A stretch of 64,000 nt of DNA, from positions 7,748-71,747 of the forward strand of contig CALXMW010000001.1 in NCBI GenBank assembly GCA_944389585.1, read 5' to 3'. Below are positions 39,929-47,768 of the stretch, piece after piece. The number at the start of each line of letters is the position of its first letter. Positions within the stretch are counted from its first letter, which is position 1. The position numbers were made by a program, and so were the translations under genes. The stretch comes from an uncultured Kiritimatiellota bacterium (GTDB lineage Bacteria; Verrucomicrobiota; Kiritimatiellia; RFP12; DVOR01). Under the pieces are notes generated by a model. That model ran no database searches. It was not told the origin of the DNA and worked only from the letters and a program-made list of their open reading frames with translations.

Positions 39929-40794
39929 TGCGCCGCGCCAAGCAGAACGCTTCCTGGCGGGCGTGGCTGGAGTTGCTGCGCCTGCCCAACCTGTTCACCG
40001 TGCCGGGCGACGTGCTGGCCGGGTGGTGCCTGGCCGGCGCGGGCGGCGGCTGGGGCGCGCTCTTGCCGACCGTGCTGGGTTCGCTCTGCCTCTATGCCGC
40101 GGGGCTCCTCTTCAACGACCTCTTCGACGCGCGGATCGACGCGCGGGAGCGGCCGTCGCGCCCCATCCCCTCGGGGCGGGTCACGCGAGGCGCGGTCTTG
40201 GGCGCGGCGGCGGCGCTCTCCGCGGCGGGGGTGCTGTTGGCGCCGTTGCGCCCGGCGCTGTGGCTTTTGGGGGCGATTGTCTTCTACGACGCGCTCGCCA
40301 AGCGCGTCCCCGGGCTGGGCGTGCTGACGATGGGGTGTTGCCGCGGCCTGAACCTGTTGCTTGGGGCGGCCTGCGCCTGGCCCACCGGGACGGCCGTGGT
40401 GGGGCCGCTCGTGGGCGCGGCCATCGCCTTCTTCGTCCTGTACACGCTGTTGCTCTCGGTGGTGGCGCGGAACGAGGCCTCGCCGGACGGCGAGCCGAGC
40501 GCGTGGCTGCGGTGGTCGCCCGCCCTGCTCATCCTGGCGTTGGCGCCCTTCTTCTGGCTTTTCGGCGTGGGGCCGCTGTGGGGGCCCCCGGCGGCGGCGG
40601 CGTTGCTGGCGCCCGTCCTGCTCATCCGTGGGGACGTGCCGGCGCTCGTGGCCGGGCTCATCCGCCATCTCATCCCGCTCCAGCTCCTGTGGTGCCTGGC
40701 GGCCCTGCCGCCCGGCGGGGGGTGGGTCGTGGGCGGGTTGCTGGCCTGTTGGGGGGCGTCGCTGGCGGCCTCCCGCAGGTTCGCCGGCTCCTGA
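39928..40794 (+). CDS. UbiA-superfamily membrane prenyltransferase
   Basis: 288 aa; Asp-rich motif NDLFDARID; ~8 TM; TGATG overlap with the upstream gene. Confidence 0.8.
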   Translation: MRRAKQNASWRAWLELLRLPNLFTVPGDVLAGWCLAGAGGGWGALLPTVLGSLCLYAAGLLFNDLFDARIDARERPSRPIPSGRVTRGAVLGAAAALSAAGVLLAPLRPALWLLGAIVFYDALAKRVPGLGVLTMGCCRGLNLLLGAACAWPTGTAVVGPLVGAAIAFFVLYTLLLSVVARNEASPDGEPSAWLRWSPALLILALAPFFWLFGVGPLWGPPAAAALLAPVLLIRGDVPALVAGLIRHLIPLQLLWCLAALPPGGGWVVGGLLACWGASLAASRRFAGS

Positions 40795-40815
40795 GAGCCC
40801 TTCCCAAAGGGCCGC

Positions 40816-40830
40816 GACTGTGCTAAACTA
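40816..40830 (+). promoter_or_regulatory. candidate promoter of the 701-aa gene (GACTGTGCTAAACTA) embedded in palindrome GCGACT...AGTCGC
   Basis: Extended -10 TGcTAAACT 20 nt before ATG 40850; flanking inverted repeat looks operator-like. Confidence 0.4.
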
Positions 40831-40849
40831 GTCGCGTAAGGAGCGAAAG

Positions 40850-42955
40850 ATGGCGAAAGCGGCGCAGACATTCGACCAACTCATCAGGAAGATCCGGCGG
40901 GAGGCCCAGCGGCGCGGGAGCGTGCGCGCGGAGAGCGCGGCGGAGCGCCGTGTCTTTGACGTCTACGCGCTGGGCGACGACCTTTTCCTGCTCCAGCGCG
41001 AGGGCGGCGGCTTCGGTCCCGCCAAGGAGCGCCGGCGGTCGTTGGTGATCATTCCCCGGCGCGACCTGCGCATCGGCGCCAAGGGGTGGCTGTGCGCCAC
41101 GGGCACGGGTTATTTCGGCACCATCCTGACGCCGCTCTTCGCCGGCGCGTTCGGTGCCGCGTTCTGCCGCGTGCCGCGGGCGCGGCGTTCCGAGGTGCTG
41201 GCCAAGCGCGTGGTGCTGGCCAACGTCGCGGGCGGCGTGGTGGAGCTGTTCCAGCGCGAGACCGATTTCGGGATCGTCGAGCGCGCCCAACGGTGGCTTC
41301 TGGGGCAGGGGCTTGACCTGGCGCACGTCATCTTCGGCGAGCGCACGCCCGAGGCCCTCGCCTACACCGAGCGCCTGGGGCAGGTCTGGCGCGTCCGCCC
41401 CCGCGTCTACACCCTGCGCGAGATGCGCGAGGCCGTGGCGCGCGCCTGGTTGCGTATCGACACCGCAGCCCATTATTATGTCAGCATCCGTGGCGTCCAT
41501 TGGCTCACCGTCCAGGAGTTCACCCGCCTGGCCGAGCTGGCGCGCCAGGCCCCGGGGCAGCTGCTGGCGTGTCTGCGCGAGTGGGCCGCCATGGCCCCGG
41601 GCGAGAGCCAGAACGCCCTTCGCCGCGCCAAGTGCGGGCGCCTCCACGCCGTCGAGTTCTTCGGTCTGCCGCGCGCCGACGCCGAGACGCTCTTCATCCC
41701 CGCCATGGAGCGCCTACTCGAGGGCGTCACCCTGGGGCGCATGGACGCGGAGGACGTGGCCGACACCTTCGGCGGGCTGGCCATCCTCTACCGCGGCCTG
41801 CTCACCGACCCGGCCTACGCCGACCTGGGCGGCGCCGAGACCATCCGCGCCCTTTACGCCTGCGTCGCCGACGACCTGCGGGGAGGGGGTGATGCGCGCA
41901 CCGACTTCGACGCCCGCCGCGTGGCCCTCCCGGGGGCCTCTTTCTCCCCCGCGCGGGAGAACGTGCCCATCCCCCACGTCGGCGCGGATCGCCCGACGCT
42001 CGAGGTGATCCGCCACCTCATCAGCCGCCTCAGCCTCGACGAGCGCATGGAGCACATCAACGTCTACGAGCTGCGCTCCTCCAAGAACCTGGCCACCGAA
42101 AGCGCCCAGACCCGCGAGATCGTCGTCAAGACAAACCGCCACCCCGTCCCCATCTCCTTCATCCAAAAGCGCCTTGGCTCCGTCCGCGCCGGCTACGCCG
42201 ACTACGTCCTCACCCGCGCCAACGTCTTCCGGGCGCTCGGCGCGGACTACCCCGCCTTCCAGCTTCTGGCCGCCTCGGCGGGCGCGCCGCGCCGCGCCGC
42301 GCCCTTCTTCCTGCGCTCGCGCAGCCCCGGCGACCCCCTCGGGGCCATCCCCCAAAGCCTCTTCCGCAGCAATCCGGACAATCCCGAGAGCCCCGAACTG
42401 CCCGACGTGGTCCTTGCCCTCGCCCGGCTCTACGGCAACGCCGCCGCCCAGAACATGGCCGTCAAGAAGTACATCGCCGGGCCGCCCCCCACCTGCCGCT
42501 TCGGCGCGGGCAAGGAAATCTTCGAGTTCGTCTACGACCCTTTCCTCCACCGCCCCATGCCCGCCCACGTGCAGGTCTGCTCCATCCGCGGCACCCTCGG
42601 CTGGCCCGACCGCGCCCAGGACGAGACCAACCTGGAGGAGTGCCACCGCTTCTACCTGCGCCAGTACGCCGCCGTCCTCGGCGACTACTGGATGCGCCAC
42701 AAGGACGCCTGCACCCTCAACGAGTGCGCCGCCGCCTTCTTCGACGGCTTCGAGCAGAAAATCGAGACCATGCACTGGGCCTATCACCAGAGCCGGCCTT
42801 ACTTCGACGCCTTCGACCCCGGGCTCCGCGCCGCCTACGCCTTCCGCCCCAAGCTTGACTTTGCCCTCTGGGCGCTCGAGCGCGACGCGCACGCCCTCCC
42901 GGCCCTCCGGGAGCGCTTCATGGACTACGTCCGCGACGTCTTCGTCAAAGCCTGA
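40850..42955 (+). CDS. hypothetical protein, 701 aa, no recognisable domain
   Basis: Long ORF with RBS taaggagcg; no P-loop or obvious catalytic motif by eye. Confidence 0.6.
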   Translation: MAKAAQTFDQLIRKIRREAQRRGSVRAESAAERRVFDVYALGDDLFLLQREGGGFGPAKERRRSLVIIPRRDLRIGAKGWLCATGTGYFGTILTPLFAGAFGAAFCRVPRARRSEVLAKRVVLANVAGGVVELFQRETDFGIVERAQRWLLGQGLDLAHVIFGERTPEALAYTERLGQVWRVRPRVYTLREMREAVARAWLRIDTAAHYYVSIRGVHWLTVQEFTRLAELARQAPGQLLACLREWAAMAPGESQNALRRAKCGRLHAVEFFGLPRADAETLFIPAMERLLEGVTLGRMDAEDVADTFGGLAILYRGLLTDPAYADLGGAETIRALYACVADDLRGGGDARTDFDARRVALPGASFSPARENVPIPHVGADRPTLEVIRHLISRLSLDERMEHINVYELRSSKNLATESAQTREIVVKTNRHPVPISFIQKRLGSVRAGYADYVLTRANVFRALGADYPAFQLLAASAGAPRRAAPFFLRSRSPGDPLGAIPQSLFRSNPDNPESPELPDVVLALARLYGNAAAQNMAVKKYIAGPPPTCRFGAGKEIFEFVYDPFLHRPMPAHVQVCSIRGTLGWPDRAQDETNLEECHRFYLRQYAAVLGDYWMRHKDACTLNECAAAFFDGFEQKIETMHWAYHQSRPYFDAFDPGLRAAYAFRPKLDFALWALERDAHALPALRERFMDYVRDVFVKA

Positions 42956-43010
42956 GCCTCACCCTCGACCTGCGCGCCCCCTCCCGCCGGCGAGGCGCGG
43001 GGACCAAAAG

Positions 43011-43052
43011 GGCGTGCGCCGGGGCGGCCGCGGGGGCCGTTTGGCGCACGCC
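43011..43052. terminator. GC-rich hairpin between convergent genes (perfect 10-bp stem GGCGTGCGCC/GGCGCACGCC)
   Basis: Lies between the 701-aa gene stop and the tatA stop; only weak U-tracts on either strand. Confidence 0.35.
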
Positions 43053-43089
43053 TTCTCGGAGGGCCGCCGCCGGGGCGGCGGGGCGGGGT

Positions 43090-43302
43090 TTACTTGTCCT
43101 TGGGCTTCGCGTCTTCCTCGAGGAGGGCCTTCTTGATTTCGTCGGCCTTCTCGGCGGCGGCGGCGTTGCCTTCCTTGAGGCCCTTCTTGAACTCGCCGGA
43201 GGAGCGGCCGAGGGCGCGGGCGATCTCGGGGATCTTCTTCGCGCCGAAGACGAGGGCGATGATGAGGATGACGATGAGGATTTGCCAAAGTCCGGGACGC
43301 AT
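43090..43302 (-). CDS. tatA: twin-arginine translocase TatA/E
   Basis: 70 aa from MRPGLWQILIVILIIALVFGAKKIPE; TM + amphipathic helix. Confidence 0.85.
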   Translation of the reverse strand: MRPGLWQILIVILIIALVFGAKKIPEIARALGRSSGEFKKGLKEGNAAAAEKADEIKKALLEEDAKPKDK

Positions 43303-43324
43303 GGGTGGGTTCCTTTCTGGGTGG

Positions 43325-43810
43325 TCAACGGTAGACGCGGACGGCGCGCGCGGCGGCGCGGTCGGCCTCGCGGCGCTTGATGGTCTCGCGGCGGTCGTAT
43401 TGGTTCTTGCCCTGGCAGAGGGCGAGCTCGACCTTGACTTTGCCACGGGGGCTGAGGTAGAGGCGCAAGGGGATGAGGGAAAGGCCTTTTTGGTCGACCT
43501 TCTGGCGGAGGCGGAGGATCTCGGCGCGGTGCATGAGGAGGCGGCGTTGGCGCAGCTCGCTGTGGTTGAAGCGGTTGCCGAAGGCGTAGGGAGGGATGCG
43601 CACCTGCATGAGCCAGAGCTGCCCCGCGTCGTCGATCTTGCACCAGGCGCCCATGAGGCCGCCCTCGCCGTTGCGCAGGACTTTGACCTCGGTGCCGAGG
43701 AGCTCGATGCCGGCCTCGAACTTCTCGAGGATCGTATAGTCGTGGATGGCCTTGCGGTTGACCGCCAGGTTGGCCGATTGCGGCTTCTTGGCTTTCTTCC
43801 CCGCGGCCAT
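43325..43810 (-). CDS. smpB: SsrA-binding protein
   Basis: 161 aa; SmpB blocks AVNRKAIHDYTILEKFEAGIEL...GTEVKVLR. Confidence 0.9.
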   Translation of the reverse strand: MAAGKKAKKPQSANLAVNRKAIHDYTILEKFEAGIELLGTEVKVLRNGEGGLMGAWCKIDDAGQLWLMQVRIPPYAFGNRFNHSELRQRRLLMHRAEILRLRQKVDQKGLSLIPLRLYLSPRGKVKVELALCQGKNQYDRRETIKRREADRAAARAVRVYR

Positions 43811-43821
43811 GGCGCGTCACA

Positions 43822-44073
43822 TCACACGTGGCGGCCCCAGCGGGCCTGAGCCTCCATGTGCTCCTCGACGGTCTGCATGTTGAACTGGGAGACGATGAGG
43901 CCTTCGGCGATTTCGCGCAGGGCGATGTCGCTCTTGTCCTCGAACTTGGAGAGGGGGCGCAGGTAAGGGCGGGCGCCGCGGTTGAGCTGGCGGGTGCGCT
44001 GGGAGACGAGGTTGACGAGGACGGGGATGCTGGCCACGCGGGCGCGGGCTTTCTCGAGCATTTCAAGGTTCAT
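43822..44073 (-). CDS. rpoZ: DNA-directed RNA polymerase subunit omega
   Basis: 83 aa; RpoZ-like core (...IALREIAEGLI...). Confidence 0.7.
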   Translation of the reverse strand: MNLEMLEKARARVASIPVLVNLVSQRTRQLNRGARPYLRPLSKFEDKSDIALREIAEGLIVSQFNMQTVEEHMEAQARWGRHV

Positions 44074-44087
44074 GTGCGTTCCTCCAC

Positions 44088-44426
44088 TCAGAACTGTTGG
44101 TTCAGGGGGCTGTCCAGGGGCAGGCCGGGGGCCGGGGCGGCGGGCTGTTCCTGGGGGGCGGCGGTGCTGGTGGCCGTCTCGTTGGCGCCGCGGTTGAGGA
44201 GGGCCAGGCCGAGGGTGTTGAGGATGAGGAGCACGCCGAGGACGGTGGTGGCGCGCGTCAGCACGTTGCCGGTGCGCCCGCCGAAGACTTCCTCACCGAA
44301 GCCGCCGCCGAAGGCCGAGCCCATCCCGCCGGAGGGGTCTTTGGGGGGCTGGAGCATCACCACGGCCACCATCAGAAGCGCGATGAGCGCCTCGACGACC
44401 AACAAAACGCCAAACAGAAGGTCCAT
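44088..44426 (-). CDS. secG: preprotein translocase subunit SecG
   Basis: 112 aa; two TM helices, Gly-rich linker. Confidence 0.85.
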   Translation of the reverse strand: MDLLFGVLLVVEALIALLMVAVVMLQPPKDPSGGMGSAFGGGFGEEVFGGRTGNVLTRATTVLGVLLILNTLGLALLNRGANETATSTAAPQEQPAAPAPGLPLDSPLNQQF

Positions 44427-44456
44427 AAACCGGCTTTCCTTTCAGTACTGATTGGT

Positions 44457-44472
44457 GGAGAATACCAAATCC
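44457..44472 (-). promoter_or_regulatory. candidate promoter of secG-rpoZ-smpB-tatA (minus strand GGATTTGGTATTCTCC)
   Basis: Recurring motif about 33 nt upstream of secG ATG 44426. Confidence 0.4.
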
Positions 44473-44498
44473 GCCGCCCCGCCGTCAAATCGCGGGCG

Positions 44499-44511
44499 CT
44501 TGTGGTAAGAT
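44499..44511 (+). promoter_or_regulatory. candidate promoter of the metallophosphoesterase gene (CTTGTGGTAAGAT)
   Basis: The -10 TAAGAT ends 6 nt before ATG 44518, a leaderless arrangement. Confidence 0.4.
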
Positions 44512-44517
44512 AGGGGC

Positions 44518-45605
44518 ATGGTTTGGATCAATTTGTTTTGCTCGGCGCTGGCGGTGGTGATCGCGGCGGGGCCGCTGGCGCGGCTGGGGCTGCCGCGATG
44601 GGCGGTGGTCGCGGCGGGCGCGGCCTTGGTGGCGCTGGCGCAGCAGGCGTTGGTGCACCGGGCGCTGCGGGTTTCGCTGCTTTCGCCGGACGGGATGCCG
44701 ATTTGGGCGGAGGCGGCGTTGCTGTGGGGGACGGCGTTTTTGCTGGCGGCGGGGGGGGGCTGAGCGTGGCGTGGTGGGCGTTGCGGTTCTGCCACGTGGC
44801 GGTGCCGGGATGGATCCCGTTGGCCGCCGGGGCGGCGGCAGGGGTGTGGCTGGTGTGGATGGGGGAGCGCCTGCCGCCGGTGCGCGAGCACGAGGTGGCG
44901 TTGGCGGGGCTGCCGGCGGAGGCGGAGGGGTTGCGCGTGGCGGTGTTGGCGGACGTGCACATCGACGCCTGGCGGGGGCGGGCGTGGTGCGAGCGGCTGG
45001 TGGCGCGGGTGAACGCGGCGAAGCCCGACCTCATCGTCTTCACGGGGGATCAGGCGGACGGGGCGGTGGCGTTGCGGCGGGAGGATTTGGCGCCGCTGGC
45101 GGGGCTGGAGGCGCCGGAAGGGAAGTTCCTCATCACGGGGAACCATGAGCATTATTTCGAGACGGAGGCCTATCTGCGGGAATATGGGCGACTGGGGATG
45201 ACGGTGCTCGACGGCCGGGCGGCGCAGGTGCGCGGGCTGTGGCTGGTGGGATTGGGCGACGGGCGGTCGCTGACGCGCCGGGACGCGGCCGAGGCGGAGC
45301 TGCGGGGCCTCCTGGCGGGGCTCCCGAAGGGGGCCTTCCCGGTGCTCCTGGTCCACAAGCCCGGCATCGCGCGGACGGCGGACGCGCTGGGGGTGCGCCT
45401 GCAGCTCTCGGGGCACACGCACGGTGGGCAGGTGCCGGGGGTGGCGGCGATCATCGCGCGCTTCAACGACGGCTTCGTTCGCGGGTGGTATACGCTGCCC
45501 CGCGGGATGCGGCTCTTTGTCTCGCCGGGCGTGGGGGTGTGGATGGGCTTCCCCTACCGCGTCTACGGCCCGCAAATCGCGCTCCTGACCCTGCGCGGGG
45601 CGTAA
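44518..45605 (+). pseudogene. membrane-anchored metallophosphoesterase (YkuE-like) split by an apparent frameshift at a G9 tract
   Basis: The N-terminal 3-TM segment (44518..44763) and the phosphoesterase domain (GDHID, GNHE motifs; frame of 44523..45605) are in different frames; they join if G9 at 44751-44759 is read as G8. Confidence 0.55.
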
Positions 45606-45717
45606 CGGGGCGCCCGGGCGGCGGGCGGAAAATGGGGGCGGCGACACTTTTGGCTTGCAATTTGGCTTGCAATGGGGCATACTTTGTTCTGTCAAGGGCG
45701 TTGAAACAGAGGTCGGC

Positions 45718-46176
45718 ATGAAAGCGTGGTTGATTGCAGTGGCGTGCGCCTGCCTGGCGGTCGGGCAAGGCGTGGCGGAATCAGACGTCGCCGCGCTGGC
45801 AAAGGCGCAGGAGGCGCACATCGCCGAACGGCGCGCCGCGGAGAAGTTCCCCCGCGCAAAGGCCCGCGCCGAGCTCGCGCAAAGGCAGGACTACGACCGG
45901 ATCCTGGCGCGGGAACGCGCGCGCCTCCTGCGCTCGGGGCTCCTCACGACGCCCGAGGCCGAGGCCCTGCGCGCGGCGCGCAAGGCGAAGCTGGAGGAGC
46001 TAAAGGCCTTGGACAAGCAGATCGCGGCGGCCTGCGAGAAGGCCCCGGAGATCGTCGAGCTGGACGCCATCCGCGAGGCGAACGCCAAGCGGCTGGAGGA
46101 AATCCGAAACAATCTGTCCCCAACGGCCCAGGGCGAGCAGACGCCGGGCCAGGCGGGCGAAACCAAGACGGAGTGA
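45718..46176 (+). CDS. hypothetical secreted helical protein
   Basis: 152 aa; signal peptide MKAWLIAVACACLAVGQG; Ala/Glu/Arg/Lys-rich coiled-coil-like. Confidence 0.55.
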   Translation: MKAWLIAVACACLAVGQGVAESDVAALAKAQEAHIAERRAAEKFPRAKARAELAQRQDYDRILARERARLLRSGLLTTPEAEALRAARKAKLEELKALDKQIAAACEKAPEIVELDAIREANAKRLEEIRNNLSPTAQGEQTPGQAGETKTE

Positions 46177-46198
46177 GCGCGGCTCACGGAGGTCAAAC

Positions 46199-47767
46199 AT
46201 GTCGCAACAGAAACAACCCGGACAGCGCAAACCCAGAATCCTCATCGTCACGCCGGAAATCACCTACCTGCCGGCGGGCATGGGCAACATGGCCGACAAG
46301 CTCAGCGCGAAGGCCGGCGGCCTGGCGGACGTCTCGGCCAGCCTCGTGGCGAGCCTCTTCAAGCTGGGGGCGGACGTCCACGTGGCGTTGCCGCACTACC
46401 GGCGCATGTTCCATGTGGACGTGGGGCGCCTCATCAGCGACGAGCTGCGCAAATACCAGGCGCACCTGCCCGACTCGCGCATCCACCTGGCCGAGGACCG
46501 CTGTTTCTACTACCGCGACACGGTCTATTCGCAGGGCGACGAGAACCCGCACCTGGCCCTGGCCTTCCAGCGCGAGGTCATCAACAACATCATCCCCACC
46601 GTCCAGCCCGACCTCATCCACTGCAACGACTGGATGACCGGCCTCATCCCCGCGGCCGCGCGCCGCCTGGGCATCCCCTGCCTCTTCACCATCCACAACA
46701 TCCACACCGTCCACCGTTGCCTCGGCGAGATCGAGTACGCCGGCATCGACGCGGCGGAGTTCTGGAAGAACCTCTACTACTCGCGCCCGCCCTACGACTA
46801 CTTCGAGAGCCGCGACACCAACCCGGTGGACTTCCTCACCTCCGGCGTCTTCGCCTCGCACTTCATCAACTCCGTCTCGCCCACCTTCCTCGAGGAGATC
46901 GTCCGCGGCTGGTTCGACTTCATCCCCGGGCAATTCCGCGGCGAGGTCATCGCCAAGTACAACGCCGGCTGCGCCCGCGGCATCCTCAACGCCCCCGACG
47001 ACAGCTACAACCCCGAGACCGACCCCAACCTCAAGGTCAACTACGACGCCAAGACCCACCACGCCGCCAAAATCTCCAACAAGATGCAGTTCCAGGAGAA
47101 GGTCGGCCTCTTCAAGAACCCCGACGCGCCCCTCTTCTTCTGGCCCAGCCGCCTCGACCCCGTCCAAAAGGGCCCCCAGCTGCTCACCGACATCCTCTAC
47201 AAGACGCTCGAGAAATACCGCGACGACAACATCCAGTTCGCCATCGTCGCCAACGGCCCCTATCAGCAGGCCTTCCGCGACATCCTCGGCTTCCACAACC
47301 TCTACGGCCGCCTCGCCGTCTGCGACTTCGACGAGCACATCTCCCGCCTCGGCTACGCCTCCAGCGACTTCACCCTCATGCCCTCGCTCTTCGAGCCCTG
47401 CGGCCTCCCCCAGATGGTCGCCCCCATCTACGGCTCGCTCACCATCGCCCACGACACCGGCGGCCTCCACGACACCGTCGAGCTCCTCGACGCCGAGAAA
47501 GGCACCGGCAACGGCTTCCCCTTCAAGTACTACGACAGCCAGGGCCTCGCCTGGGCCATCGACCAGGCCATGGCCTTCTACCGCCTCCCCACCGACGTCC
47601 GCGAAGGCCAGGTCGCCCGCATCATGGCCGAAAGCAAGCAACGCTTCAGCCACGAACGTTGCGCCGCCGAATACATCAAAATCTACGAGGAAATGCTCCA
47701 ACGCCCCCTCACCGAGCTCTTCGACGGCGAAAGCTCCGAGCAAAACCCCTACCACCAGGAGAACTGA
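46199..47767 (+). CDS. glgA: glycogen synthase
   Basis: 522 aa; GT5 N-terminus (ILIVTPEI), C-terminal nucleotide-binding motifs. Confidence 0.9.
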   Translation: MSQQKQPGQRKPRILIVTPEITYLPAGMGNMADKLSAKAGGLADVSASLVASLFKLGADVHVALPHYRRMFHVDVGRLISDELRKYQAHLPDSRIHLAEDRCFYYRDTVYSQGDENPHLALAFQREVINNIIPTVQPDLIHCNDWMTGLIPAAARRLGIPCLFTIHNIHTVHRCLGEIEYAGIDAAEFWKNLYYSRPPYDYFESRDTNPVDFLTSGVFASHFINSVSPTFLEEIVRGWFDFIPGQFRGEVIAKYNAGCARGILNAPDDSYNPETDPNLKVNYDAKTHHAAKISNKMQFQEKVGLFKNPDAPLFFWPSRLDPVQKGPQLLTDILYKTLEKYRDDNIQFAIVANGPYQQAFRDILGFHNLYGRLAVCDFDEHISRLGYASSDFTLMPSLFEPCGLPQMVAPIYGSLTIAHDTGGLHDTVELLDAEKGTGNGFPFKYYDSQGLAWAIDQAMAFYRLPTDVREGQVARIMAESKQRFSHERCAAEYIKIYEEMLQRPLTELFDGESSEQNPYHQEN

Positions 47768-47768
47768 G

